Shown here: positions 22,666 to 35,070 of the stretch, piece by piece
How the letters are laid out: the number at the start of each line of letters is the position of its first letter
Numbering within the stretch: position 1 is the first letter of the stretch
NCBI GenBank assembly: GCA_032718475.1
Contig: JAUCBJ010008161.1
Location: 1-35,390 of the forward strand
Direction: 5' to 3'
Origin: Nemertoderma westbladi
Lineage: Eukaryota > Animalia > Xenacoelomorpha
Length of the DNA: 35,390 nt
Notes under the pieces: model-generated
The model's database searches: none
Seen by the model: only the letters and a program-made list of their open reading frames with translations
Told to the model about the DNA's origin: nothing
Position numbers and translations under genes: made by a program

Positions 22666-22709
22666 TTTGATCAAACTTTGATCAAAGTTTGATCAATGTT
22701 TGATCAAAG
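22666..22709. repeat. 11-bp tandem repeat of the palindrome TTTGATCAAA, 4 copies
   Basis: ttttgatcaaactttgatcaaagtttgatcaatgtttgatcaaag. Confidence 0.85.
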
Positions 22710-23319
22710 GAATGCTTTTTGAGATCGGGACTGTAGCTCTTCCCAGTGAATCCTATGACAATATCTATAAGGTTACTCACTGCTATGTTAGATGGGAGGC
22801 CAGGTAATTGAATTGTAAGCACTGGGCCGTTTAAATAAATGGTTTATAGGTTGATGATAATAAATGATGATGGCCCCAACTACACTACGTTTGTCTATAT
22901 GGACGGTCTCCTTACAGCCAGCTGGCTGGCTTTTCTAGTTGAATCATATTATTCTGCAACCAATAATTTACTCTTTTAGACGAATTTGTGTGTTTTTTTT
23001 TGCGGGACTAACAAATTTTGGCGACGTTCTGTGCGAGATTGGCGATATTTGAAAAGATTCTGAGGATCAAATATGTTGCTCACATGACTGAATAGCCCAA
23101 ATAAAAAGTTGGTGCCTACTCGACGAGTTGAAATCGGTGAAATTCGACATTACATTTTTAAAACCGCTATTTTACAGTGACCCTATTAATAGGCAGGTTC
23201 GTTATTAACTAAATATGTTGATTTAACTCGACTCAATAATTAGAATTCGATGAATTCAGTTTGCGTTATAGGTTTTACCGCCTTACAAGAAAGCAACGTA
23301 TATTCAATATATTGATTTA

Positions 23320-23682
23320 ATTTCTAAGTGACTATTGTCTAACTCAATTATGTTGACTTACTCAACTTAGCTAACTCAATATAATGACTTATTACTAAGT
23401 GACTTAGCTAACTCAATATCCTGACTTATTAAGTGACTAACTCAATATCATGATTTCTAAGGGAATATTGTCTATATTGTCTAACTCAATTATGTTGAGT
23501 TGACTTACAGTACAGTACTATATTAAGTTACTTAGCCAACTCTTACTAAGTTGATGACTAACTAAGTGTCTTAGCTAACTCTTACTTAGTTGATGACTTA
23601 CTAAGTGACTTAGCTAACTCAATATGATGACTTACTAAGTAACTACATGTAACTCAATATCCTGACTTACAAAGTGACTATT
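23320..23682 (+). repeat. Degenerate ~30-35-bp tandem repeat (gacttactaagtgacttagctaactcaatat); related tract at ~27085-27185
   Basis: Recurrent ctaactcaat and gacttactaagt motifs. Confidence 0.75.
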
Positions 23683-24839
23683 GCACAACTCGATTTGTTT
23701 ACTTATGGGCACGTGACTCCACGTGACACTACAGGACATAGTGACGTTTTCAGCGCCATTGATTTAATGATTTCAACCAAATTGATTGTAATTTCTATTT
23801 TTAGTTTTTTTTTAATTGTAAGTAATTTTTCAGCATTCATTCAAAGGATAAATTATCTTCTCAGTTTAGAACGCTTTTTATTGTAGTTTATTCAAATTTC
23901 GCCAAAAAAATATCCGCTTGAATTGGTGTGACACTACTGGACACAAAGTGCTCCAGCTGAAAAATTGAAAAAAGTAATCTTATATTTCTGCTCTATTTGA
24001 ATGTGTGGACAGTCAAAAATTTACCTATGGATCAAGCATAGGTTAAATTTTTCATGGCACAATTTTTTTTTAGAAAAATCAACACAAATTTATGTAGTTG
24101 TACAAATAACTTGTGACACTACAGTACGTGGCACTACAGGACGTTTTTCCCATGCTCATTTGAATCATGCTCATTCCAATTTACTGAACATATTCTCAAA
24201 GTAGTATTAAAGATATTATATAACGTGATGTGACTAAGACTACAGCAATGTCATCAAAGTGACTTGAGTACGGTTGTAGGGTAACTGATAGTAACATACC
24301 CTGTATGTGGGTACACAGACACACAGGGAGATATTGTAGAACACTCTAATATTGAAATTATTACTAAAAACAAATCGATAGGGCTTAAATGAAGTGTAGC
24401 CTATAACAAACTATACTGATGAATATGCGTATCACATCACAGGGGCCACCTATTACGTATCAAAATGAAGTAGGACCACCACTGTAGGAGTACTGTATGT
24501 AAATAAAATATCTAGGCTTACTACTGTACTAATACCAGGTTAAATGTGTTGAGATCCCTCTCTCTACAGCTACAGGACATAAATAATGCACAATATATCA
24601 GCGACCCAGGTGACTTTAACATGAATCATTCAAGGTAGGAGCTCAGCTGATTTCGTGACACTACACCAATTTTTGACCAATTGAGATTAAAACTTGTAGA
24701 TAATTGTGACACTACAGGACATGACAAGTAAATGGGAAACAGCAAATATTAGCAGTCAATTTAAGTTCGTTATAAAGCATATAGATAGTCAATACATAAA
24801 AAAAAAACTAAAAATATGCGCACTTTAACATATTGACAA

Positions 24840-26370
24840 TGTTATTAATTAATCTGGACACCCCCCAGTCGGGGTAAATGGTAAAAACCTAAGTACTGTA
24901 ATTATATATTAAATTGCACGGAATCTAAAATTTATAAATTATTAAAATATTAATATATGGTCTAAAATAATTAGTTATTGAGAGGATAAGGTGGATATTG
25001 TTGGGCATTTGTCGCAGACTAGGGCATGGTATCGGTTCTTTGCGGGTTGCAGACAGAAACGACATATACAGTCAATACATGGATCGTGGTAGGATTTATT
25101 TTCACACAGCTTGAAATGAAACCCGTGTGATGTGGTTCTTGTTGCTAGGTGACGGTGTCGTTGGCCGCTGCGTTTCCAGCTAGATGATTGGAACGCAGGG
25201 CCCAGCTGGTATTGTTCTGCATTGAAATTTGCATTGCGATCGTTTCTGAAAGTGTTGTACTGTTCTAGAATTGCTGAGTTAAATATGCCTGGGAATTTAA
25301 GAACAATGTCATTAGTTAAGGTTTCTTCGTTGATTAATTTCAAAGCGAGCGTGGAGGATGAGGAGATGTGAAGGCCGAGTAACCGTTTTATAAATGTAGA
25401 TTTTATTTTGTCGATTTCCTTTAGTTGGGGCAGTGTAAGCAGGGGACCAAACTCGGATATTGCGTACGTTGTCATTGGGAAAATCTTCATTTGAAATATT
25501 TTCATTCCGGTCTGTACAGAAACTAGATGCAGGTTTTTAAGAGAGCCAATGGCGGAATATGCCTTTTCTTTTTTTGCTTTAATGTGCTTTGTGAACGTCA
25601 AAGTTGGTTGTAGGGTGAGTCCCAGATACTCGTAATGGTCACAGATTGTTACAGCCTCCCCATTGTAAAAGAATTTGTCATACAGAGCAAGCCGGCCACC
25701 CTTCCTAAACTTAACAATCTTTGTTTTTATTAGGTTAACTTGTAGAGAGTTTTCACAGCACCATTTGTAAAGGTTGTTAAGACCGTCTTGAATATCCCTA
25801 GGGTTGGTAGAGTAAAAAGCAAGATCATCGGCATAAAATATACATTTCAGAAACTGGATTGCGCGCCGCAGGGCAGACAGATACGAGGTCGGCAATGTAC
25901 AGGATGAAATTCGTCGGAGAAAGGCAATCGCCTTGTAAGAAACCGAGTATTTGTCGGATTGCATTTGATAGTCGTAACCCATCATAGATTTGTATGAAAT
26001 TTACTTTCAGTATTGATTTGATGATGTTGTATAGTTTCCCTTTGACACCGAAATCGTGGAAGAGTTTATGGAAGAAAATATTTCGGCTGGTGGAGTCGAA
26101 GGCCTTCCGAAAGTCTACGAAAGCCACATAGACTCGTCCCTCAGAGGCAACTAGTGACGAGATCTCGGAAAGGAGGAGCTTAATTGCGTCAGTTGTAGAT
26201 TTGCCCGGGGTAAACCCAAATTGTTCTAGTGGTAAACGATGTAAGAGTCTGAGTAGTAAACGCTTGTTTATAATGGAGGTAAATATCTTGAGAATGACGC
26301 TTAGAAGCGCTATGCCGCGGTAATTATCTGGATTGGTAATTTTACCCTTTCCTTTGTATAGAACCTTGAT
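24840..26370 (-). mobile_element. 5'-truncated LINE (CR1/L2 group) with near-complete reverse transcriptase, frameshifted
   Basis: YKGKG..NPDNYRGIALLS, EQFGF.PGKST, FVDFRKAFDS, GFLQGDCLSP, then a frameshift near 25860 to FYADDL, VNLIKTKIV.F, YEYLG and a Cys/His-rich C-terminus. Stop at 24975. The 3' UTR boundary is approximate. Confidence 0.92.
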
Positions 26371-27980
26371 GATGTTAGCATTGACATGTTGACCATTGAC
26401 AATGTTAGCGAATGCAATCCGCTGCACACCACCCAGTGAGAAAATGGAGAATTGTGATTTACGAATCACAATCAAATATGCAATATTATACCCAATATAA
26501 TATTGCATACCAGGAGGGAATAAGGGAACAGGACAATATAATGCCAGGTTGGAGATATATACCAACACATCTCAGGGGGGAAGTTAGCATAGGGCCAGAG
26601 GAAACAGGGAGTGGCGGAGGGAAAACCAACCAATGGAGGGACAGTGTGTATCCAATTAATGCGCATCTATTGGTAGGTCAACAATAGGTAGGAATGTGTA
26701 AGCTAGTTGTGTCAATATGTATATAACCGTTACTCAATGTTAATTATGTTCAGTTGGCTATTAATTACCGTGGAAGTCGGACAGTTTTGACCATCATCAT
26801 AATCACCAGTGCTATATACTGATTGTGCTGTATTTACCGGTACTCATATATCAGCTATTATTAATAATGATAAAACTATAAAACTCTTTGTTATACCAGA
26901 CCATGGCCTTTCAGCCTTTTGTGGTAACTGAAACGCGGCAACGCGTTCGAAACATGACATAACCAAACTGGTCGGGATCCTGTGCCAACTTAGATCCCGT
27001 CACAGACAATACAATACAATGCAAATACAAATATTTTTTTAAATTGCTCATTTTCCACCTTATCATGGAATTGCCCTTATTAGGTTACTAACTCAATTTG
27101 CTGACTTACTAAGTGACTTGTTTAACCCAATATGTTATCTTACTAAGTAATTTCGCTAACACAATAATATGTTGACTTACTAAAATAGGGGATGGGGTGG
27201 TGTATATTTAGATGAGAATAATCAGTTGAATTGTTTGATAATATTTAACTATGTTATATATATATATTAATACTCAACCGTTTACCCATATAATTAAGTA
27301 CATCATGATTATTCTTTCGGGAGTAAAAAAATCAAACATTGTCTTAATCAACATCCACAATAAGATACACATAATTGGAGTTCACAATTAACTATAAATA
27401 ATTAAAAATTGTATAATGTCTGTATAAGGGTATGAGCGGTAAGTCCATAACTATTACAGATTCATTATAATGAATGGGAGAATCTTTTAGTCTCATTAAG
27501 CCAAGGAATGATGTTCACCACCATGGGTGATCTTCCACAGTAAACCATTCCAGATTCATTATAATGACAAATTAATATAATAATAACAATATCAGAGTAA
27601 AATAATCTGAAGTGGAACTTTTACAAGTCTAAATATTTCAGTCAGTGATATAATATACTTAATTCTTTTCACGTTTAATTTTCATCTACTTCCTGTTTAA
27701 GCTGGTCTTAAATAAAGTACTTTATAAAATACACGTAAAATAATATATTAAAACAAACAACAAATCTATTTTACACATAAAATATAACAAAAAATAGTAT
27801 CAAAATACAAAACAACTATTTCAAGAAATAAGCAAATGTAGTCATTTCATGACATCTTTCGGTAAACGTAACCGATAATGATACCTATTACAGTTACTTA
27901 CAGGTACAGCTGGGTGGCATAATGTCGGGTCCATTTTCTGACCAAAAAGTCGAATTTTTGAAACATGTCCTATCTGATGC

Positions 27981-28970
27981 AGAATTTCATCTCGATCCAA
28001 ATATGGAAACCGTTTTCCCATATCTTGGTTAGTTTTCGAGATATCTGGGATAGAAGATACTGGCTCCGATATATCGCGATATCGCTAAGGTAAAGGCGAT
28101 GATGAAGTTCGGGGTTTACATTCAATTTCTGCAAATTTCTGTGCTCAGTGGTGCCAATTGAATGTCTCCACGAGAAAGAGCACAAAATTGTAATTGAGAA
28201 GGTATCTTTTTATGATTATTGGACCTACTGATCAGTTTATAAGACAACTTCAAGTCTCTGTAATAAAGACGGAACTCAAATAAGCAACTCTGTGGTCTTT
28301 GCGGGATTACACGGAAAAGACTTATCGCTCTTCGGAGATCTTCAAACTGTATAATCTCCAGTTCTAGTGGTCGTACGAAGTTCTTTTAGGCTCATTCGAA
28401 AGCTCTTTTCTCAGAGAACAAAGTTACCATTTGATTTAAGATAAAATGGTTCAACATAACATGAATTTGGGTAAAATATGCCTTGCAAATTTTGTTGAAG
28501 TTGTGATTGCTCAGGCAGCTTTCAAGAGTTTTCCAAACCAAATGGTAACTTTGGTCTCTGAGAAAAGAGCTTTCGAATGAGCCCAAAACAAACTTCGTAC
28601 GTCCACTAGATCTGGAGATTATACATCTCGAAGATCTCCGATAAGTCTATTCCGTGTAATCCCGCAAAGACCACAGAGTCACTTATTCGAGTCCCGTCTT
28701 TATTCCGGAGACTTGAAGTTGTCTTATAAACTGATCAGTAGTTCCAATAATCATAAAAAATACCTTCTCAATTAAAATTGTGTTCTTTTTCTCGTGGAGA
28801 CATCCAATTGGCACCACTGAAAATTTGCAGAAATTGAATGCAAACCCTAACCCTCATTGTATTTACCGACATCGCGATATATCGGAGCCAGTATATTCTA
28901 TCCCAGATATCTCGAAAACTAAGCAAGATATGGGAAAACGGTTTCCATATTTGGATTCAGCATGAAATTC
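27981..28970. mobile_element. Foldback MITE: ~450-bp inverted arms around a ~105-bp spacer
   Basis: 27981-28433 is the reverse complement of 28540-28970 (e.g. ccaaatatggaaaccgttttcccatatctt / aagatatgggaaaacggtttccatatttgg). The right end abuts a poly-C run. Confidence 0.88.
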
Positions 28971-30033
28971 TTGCGCTACCCCCCCCCCCCCCCCCCCCCC
29001 TCCCCTTAAAGAGGTAACATATTAAAGGAAAACTGCTGGTTCAAGTGACGACATTCCGGGAGGTAGATAGCGATCTGATCAAACTATTTAATTGGGCAAA
29101 TTAACAAACCGCACGGCAGTTAAACTTGCAACAATTTCATATTTTAGTATACACTTACTTATGATAGTATTACTTATCAATCACCTTTTAACACTTTGAT
29201 AATTTATAACTGGACCCCAAACTTATCCTCATTATTCAATGCTAGTTCAATAAATCACCACATTTATTTAAACAAATCACTTTTCGTTATCTGAATAATG
29301 AAATGGTAAAATGAATTTATATCAAACAACCCTAAAAATTTGCTTACTTTTGGTTCCAATCTCTCGTAATCTTTTCTGTAGAACCAAAAGTATTTTATTG
29401 ATTGAATGATTTTGTGAAAAAAGGCGTCTACTTTGTTGTGTAAACATAAATTTATTATTAGAGTAAAGGACATTTGATTGATAAACATAATAATCTATAT
29501 TCCGATTCCAATAAATAAACACGTCTCGTCTATATTGCTCTACAAAGCAAGTCTAACTATTATCTGTATATTATAGATTTGTAAGAAATTAAATCCACTA
29601 ATTATATAAATATGTAGAAATAAAGTTGAGGTAAATAACTATACTGGATGAACTGGACAATTTAAAGTAATTAAAGCGTAACCAGAACCTCTCTGTCTAG
29701 TCAACCTGGTTAAAATAAAATAAAACAGTGGCGTACTATTACGTCGACGCTTTGCCGCTATGATGTGGAAAAAACAATACACGACTACCCGACTAAATAA
29801 AAGTGAACCTAATTTAAATAAAGCAAATAAAAGCACTTACAGATAAAGGAAGAATCATAGTACCGTGCCCATGTCGTGCAATGGATCCCATGCAACTAAT
29901 TATAATAAATACAATACAACGGCACCCGTTGTGAAGAAATGGTTAATTATGGGCAAGGGATTTATTAATTGTTAACGAATCTAGGTTTTTTATGAAGAGT
30001 TACAACAGTGTAGGAACTCATTTAGGAGATCAA

Positions 30034-33000
30034 CTACTCGTCGGGGTCTATTAGACCCTGCTCCTTACACTTGTTGTACTCCTCTTTGCGAATGTCTGCC
30101 AACCGCTCACGTTGCATAACGAGTTTCTGCTCCAGACTCATTATATATACTTGGGTCTCCATCTCCAGTCTGCGGGTCTGTATAAGCGAGAGTTTACTAA
30201 AGTCTAGAACATCCGCCTCTTCCACCATCTTCATCCCTTGCGTGGCGGATGCCACGACCCTCCCTGTGGCATCTGCCACGACCTTACTCGCCTGGGAGAC
30301 ACTCCGCAGACTGTCTGACTCCGGGGACGCCTTCACCCGACTGGCGACGACCAACTGGGTCGACGAGGAGGCTATGTTCTTGGCCCAGACGAGGAGTTCC
30401 TCGAACCCGCAGTTGCCGGACATGAGTTTGTCGGCGGACTCAACGAGCTGCGTGGCGCTCCAACCCACCGCCTTGGCCGCGGATGTCAACCCCTCCTTCC
30501 ACTCCTTCTTGGACGCATAGGACTCACTCGAGTTCCCTCGGGTATCTTCCACAATCTCCTTTTGCAGAACTTTAGTCCGGATAATCAGTAACTTTATAGC
30601 CTCGACCAAATCCTTCCCGGATTCCAGAATGATTCCGTTAATCTCGAGGTTGAGTCCAGAGTCCACGGATCGGGATTTGGCAAGCATCGCCTCGATCCGG
30701 GCTGCGGCCGCATCGATAGCGGCACTCGTCGACTCCATCTCTGACTCCAGGGTCGACTCTAGGTTCTCCATTAGATTGGAATCCGCGGAGGCCAACCTCG
30801 AGGTCGCGAGCAGTAAACCGTCGATGGTTCGCAGCACCGCATCCGCTCCCTCCTGGGTCCCATCCGCGATGACTCGCATCGATAAACCGGCGGCTTCGTC
30901 GACGACTACCGCCAACTCTTCGCATCCCGCCGACCCCGCCAACTGTTTCCCCAACCGGATGACGTCAACGGCGGCCGACGCTAAACATGTGACGTCACTG
31001 AGTAGATCCCCGAGGGCGTGGGTGGGGTCAGCGTTGAACTGTGACTGACTCATCGCCAAGGATACTGCAGTCTGTCGGAAGGCATTGGCGGTCCGGAGTA
31101 GCGCCGAGGCCGGAAGGTAGCCGCTGGATGGCGACGCCGCCATCGCCTCTCGGATTCTCGAGCAACCAAAGTCCCGGACTCGCGTGAGAGCGGCCAGTCG
31201 CTCAGCCTCCAACGCGGACCGCTCATTGGCTAAGTGAGTCTCGGAGTCGCGTACCGCGTTACTTAGTAACGAATCGGCCTCGGCCTTCCCCGCCTCCAAC
31301 CGCAACTCAAATTCGGCCGTTAGATTCTCCAATCTCGACTCCACTTCCCGTCTCTGCAGGGATTCCTTCTCCAGATGTTCTTCTACCTCCCGAAGTGCCT
31401 CCGACCTCGCGTCGCCCCTAGAGACCACCGCCACGGCAGCCATGAGCTCCGCCCCCTTATTGGCCAGCTCCTCTACCACCGCGGTACGCTCCGCCTCCTT
31501 ATTGGCCAGCGCCTCTACGGCCGCGGTACGCTCTGCCTCCTTATTGGCCAGCTCCCTCTTCCCGTCCGCATTGGAGCGAATCAGTGCGATGTGCTCCTCA
31601 CGTAACTTTTGGTAAATTTCCTTCAACTTAACGTATCGGTCTTCATTTACAGCCGCATGCGACTCGAACTCCCTTACCAACTCGTTGTCGTGCTTCTCCA
31701 ATAACTTCTTCAACTCAACGACCTCCTCTTTGGCAGCATACAGCTTCCCTTTTGTCTCCTCCAACTGCTCCTTGAGGTCGGCTATCGCTCTGTGGTTGTC
31801 TATACTCATCTGCTCCAACTGGCTCTCTAACTCGCTCACTTGGTTCATCAGCTGTCGGATTAGCTGATCCCGCGCGTCCGGCTGCGGCTTCGCCCCGTTG
31901 TGCAGCGGTTCGGACTGCGGCGAGGAGAACGATAAACCTCGATCCCTCGGGGATCCGAAGGCCTCGTCGAACTTACAGAGGGTCGACTGGTCGGTGGAAT
32001 CTGCACTGGTATCCACGAGGATGTCGACAGCGTTAACAGGTTCCTCCTCCTGTTCCTGGTAGACGACGATGGGGGCAAGGTGCTCCTCCGATACGGGATT
32101 GCCATCTGAGTTAACGAGGAAGTTTGGGGATTCGTCTGAGAGCAGCGGAACCTGGATGAAACGGCGGAAGAAGATAAGATTACTCGCCGTCTCAAACAAC
32201 TTTTTTAGCTGATCGAACACGCGAACGAATCGCTGTCGATGAAACTCTAGAAGGTCGGGTTGTAACTTCTTGTGCAATTTGAACAGAAGTCGGACAAGGA
32301 AATCGTATATTTGACTGGCATCCATAATAACCGACACAATAGGGAATAATTTCAACTGGCCGACATTTGTTAAACTGTTGCAGAATTGCATATCCATCGA
32401 AGAGAATATGGATGAGACTAAGTAAAGTAAGGCGTCCATTAAATCGAACAACTCAATGGAAAGTTGGAAATAAATATTAGGATCCTCGGTTCCGTAAGCC
32501 GCCTCGATACTCTGTCCCTCCAACACCAGGTTGCCGGGAAACTCTGGATTCTTTTTATGGAATTCCAATTTAACTGTTAGCAGGTTACAGTAGGACGAAA
32601 TCAAAAGTCCAAATCCAGAGCGCAAATGACGCCATAGTTTGGATAAATCGGCCAGTAGCCCAATATACTTGTGCGACTCGCCAAGGACGTTGGAATGACC
32701 TTCGCGTAGGATTTTGTGCAGGGTGTGACAGAACTTCCAACAAACAATATGATTGGATTGTAGTGGTAGTTTAGTTGCGAGGGACCAGAATGTGTTGGCT
32801 CCCTTGTCGGTGTAAGTACCGAGTATAACTACACGCACATGTTTCTCCTTAGCAGGAGTTTCCTGGGCGTTCACAGCCTTCCCAAGACTAGAAGCCTGCG
32901 CTTTCTCAAAAGCTTCTTTATCGTGGTCCACCGCACTTCCCCTGCGCACTTTTAGATCTTTAAAAGCACGTGAAACCGTAGACTGCCGGTGTGAACTCAT
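30034..33000 (-). CDS. HIP1: Huntingtin-interacting protein 1 / HIP1R / Sla2 family endocytic adaptor (ANTH, coiled coil, THATCH/I-LWEQ), 988 aa, single coding exon
   Basis: ANTH: ETPAKEKHVR, CWKFCHTLHKILREGH. Central DARDQLIRQL and RYVKLKEIYQKLREEHIALIR coil. THATCH: WKEGLTSAAKAVGW, IASSSTQLVVASRVKA, EMETQVYIMSLEQKL..QRERLADIRK. AATAAA on the minus strand at 29961-29966. Confidence 0.96.
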   Translation of the reverse strand: MSSHRQSTVSRAFKDLKVRRGSAVDHDKEAFEKAQASSLGKAVNAQETPAKEKHVRVVILGTYTDKGANTFWSLATKLPLQSNHIVCWKFCHTLHKILREGHSNVLGESHKYIGLLADLSKLWRHLRSGFGLLISSYCNLLTVKLEFHKKNPEFPGNLVLEGQSIEAAYGTEDPNIYFQLSIELFDLMDALLYLVSSIFSSMDMQFCNSLTNVGQLKLFPIVSVIMDASQIYDFLVRLLFKLHKKLQPDLLEFHRQRFVRVFDQLKKLFETASNLIFFRRFIQVPLLSDESPNFLVNSDGNPVSEEHLAPIVVYQEQEEEPVNAVDILVDTSADSTDQSTLCKFDEAFGSPRDRGLSFSSPQSEPLHNGAKPQPDARDQLIRQLMNQVSELESQLEQMSIDNHRAIADLKEQLEETKGKLYAAKEEVVELKKLLEKHDNELVREFESHAAVNEDRYVKLKEIYQKLREEHIALIRSNADGKRELANKEAERTAAVEALANKEAERTAVVEELANKGAELMAAVAVVSRGDARSEALREVEEHLEKESLQRREVESRLENLTAEFELRLEAGKAEADSLLSNAVRDSETHLANERSALEAERLAALTRVRDFGCSRIREAMAASPSSGYLPASALLRTANAFRQTAVSLAMSQSQFNADPTHALGDLLSDVTCLASAAVDVIRLGKQLAGSAGCEELAVVVDEAAGLSMRVIADGTQEGADAVLRTIDGLLLATSRLASADSNLMENLESTLESEMESTSAAIDAAAARIEAMLAKSRSVDSGLNLEINGIILESGKDLVEAIKLLIIRTKVLQKEIVEDTRGNSSESYASKKEWKEGLTSAAKAVGWSATQLVESADKLMSGNCGFEELLVWAKNIASSSTQLVVASRVKASPESDSLRSVSQASKVVADATGRVVASATQGMKMVEEADVLDFSKLSLIQTRRLEMETQVYIMSLEQKLVMQRERLADIRKEEYNKCKEQGLIDPDE

Positions 33001-33494
33001 TTGGATGGCATATATATATATATTTATATTTCATTTACATAGAAATACAATTAATATAGCCTGATTATCGTACCTATCTGCCTGTATCTGTCAGTCTGTA
33101 CCAGGTATCTACATCTGTACATACAATTTAAAAAAAATATGTATATAACAAATAAATTTCCATTACCAGTCAACCGGTAATTGAATATAACTGTCTAATT
33201 GTATTTTACCAGCAACCAGTGCATTGTATTGCATATTGTAGGCCTATTACACTCCAGTTCGACAAAAGTAATTATAACAGGCACATAATAAAAATAAATA
33301 TATAGTTCACAGTTATCATCTTTTCGTCTTAATGTCCCTGGTTACTTTTTATGGAGATTATATATTTTTTATTGGAATGTATTATAATTATATAGGCCTA
33401 TATTTTTTGGGAATATGCAGTTTGGGGTACCTACACGGCAGCACGGCCATTGGATTTTTATACTGTATGAAACTCGCTGGTTACAGTAGTGGCG

Positions 33495-33670
33495 GCCTCA
33501 AGCCTAATTAAAACTGTCATGTAACCCTAACCCTAAGTCATAATCTAAGAAATTTAGCTGAATTTCTTAGATTACAGGATTACAGGATTATGACTTAGGT
33601 TAGGGTTACATGACAGTTTTAATTATGGTTGAGGCCTGACCAACTAACCCTAACCAAAATAATAAACCAA
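33495..33670. repeat. Hairpin MITE-like element; diverged sister copy at ~34413-34615
   Basis: taattaaaactgtcatgtaaccctaac...taagtcataat pairs with attatgactta.gttagggttacatgacagttttaatta. Both copies are followed by tgaccaactaaccc. Confidence 0.75.
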
Positions 33671-34708
33671 ACCATATTTACAAGAATAAATGGTTAAGAT
33701 AGGCCTATGACAGTATGACAGTGTACCGGTACCGGTAACTATCTGACTAAAGGTGGTTTGCAACTGGGTGGGTACTGCAGTACAAGTACTGAAGTAAGAA
33801 AAAGTGTAGGTAGTAGGTACCGGAAACTGTATTGAGCCTATTTCTTTATTACTAGGCACTGTTGTAGCTATTAATTTAAAACAATTTTGTTATTTAACTG
33901 TTTAATTCTATTTTCAACTGAAATGAAATTTCAACTTCATTTTTTAAAATTCAACTTTTTACTAGAAAGCCAGCAAGCTGGCTTTAAACGAACCTGCCCC
34001 TCAAACCAGTACTGCAGTACCGCAGTACCCTGAGTGAGCGAAAATGAAAACACGATAATTGCCTTCAACTCAACGATAGAAACACCAGCTGCTGGTACTC
34101 ATGTGGGCCTAGTAAGCTGCTACTATTTATTGAATGGATAGCCCAAACTGCAGAGAAGTATATTACTTGCCAAATTGATTACTATCTCACTCTAACCCTG
34201 TAACCCAGACAGTAATCAAACATCAACTGTAAGTTTGTATAATGTATTACCCCACCAGATGAATAGGCCTATCTCTGCCCAGTGAATCCTATGACAACAG
34301 TCTATAAGGTTACTCACTGCTATGTTAGGTGGGAGGAGCGCAGGGAGGGAGGTAAATAAGTCCCCATATTTTGGGAGTGGCGGTCCGAAACCCTAATTCA
34401 AAATGGAAATGGAGGCCCAACCCTTAATTAAAACTGCTGAACTGTCATGTAACCCCAACCTTAAATATTTTGGATCCTAAATTCCACAAAATTTCTTAGA
34501 TTAGACTGTTAGAGCATCGGGACTTTAAGGTTACCGGTATAGGGTTAATGACAGTTTTAATTAGGGTTTTGGCATGACCAACTAACCCAACCACAAAAAT
34601 AAACCAATAAATCCAAGTTCTGAAGTTAAAGCAGTAAAGTGCTGTACGCATGACGCAGGCTGGCAGGTACGGTACGCTAGGGCTAGACCTACTATTATTA
34701 TACTGCAA

Positions 34709-35070
34709 TTTTCTAACCAAAGCAATAAACGATCATTTAACTAATTGAGGGAAAGGGGCGGGTTACAGAGGCGGGCCTTTCTAACCAAAACAATAAACGG
34801 TCACTTTACCAAATCAAGGAAAGGAGCAGGTTACATAGGCGGGATTTTCTAACCAAAAGAATAAACGATAATTTAACTAATTGAGGGAAAAGAGCGGGTT
34901 ACAGAGGCGGGATTTTCTAACCAAAACAATAAACAGTCACTTTACCAAATGAAGGAAAGGAGCAGGTTACAGAGGCGGGCCTTTCTAACCAAAACAATAA
35001 ACGGTCACTTTACCAAATCAGGGAAAGGAGCATGTTACAGAGGCGGGATTTTCTAACCAAAACAATAAAC
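34709..35070 (+). repeat. ~68-bp tandem repeat, about 5 copies
   Basis: ttctaaccaaaacaataaac...ggttacagaggcggg recurs at ~34710, ~34779, ~34847, ~34915, ~34983 and ~35050. Confidence 0.9.

Noticed and set aside
30071-32195. Antisense and alternate-frame ORFs overlapping HIP1
   Set aside because: Shadow ORFs of a GC-rich coding sequence with no recognisable motifs.
33521-33610. Telomeric (TTAGGG)n sequence
   Set aside because: Only about two units, embedded in the arms of a hairpin element.
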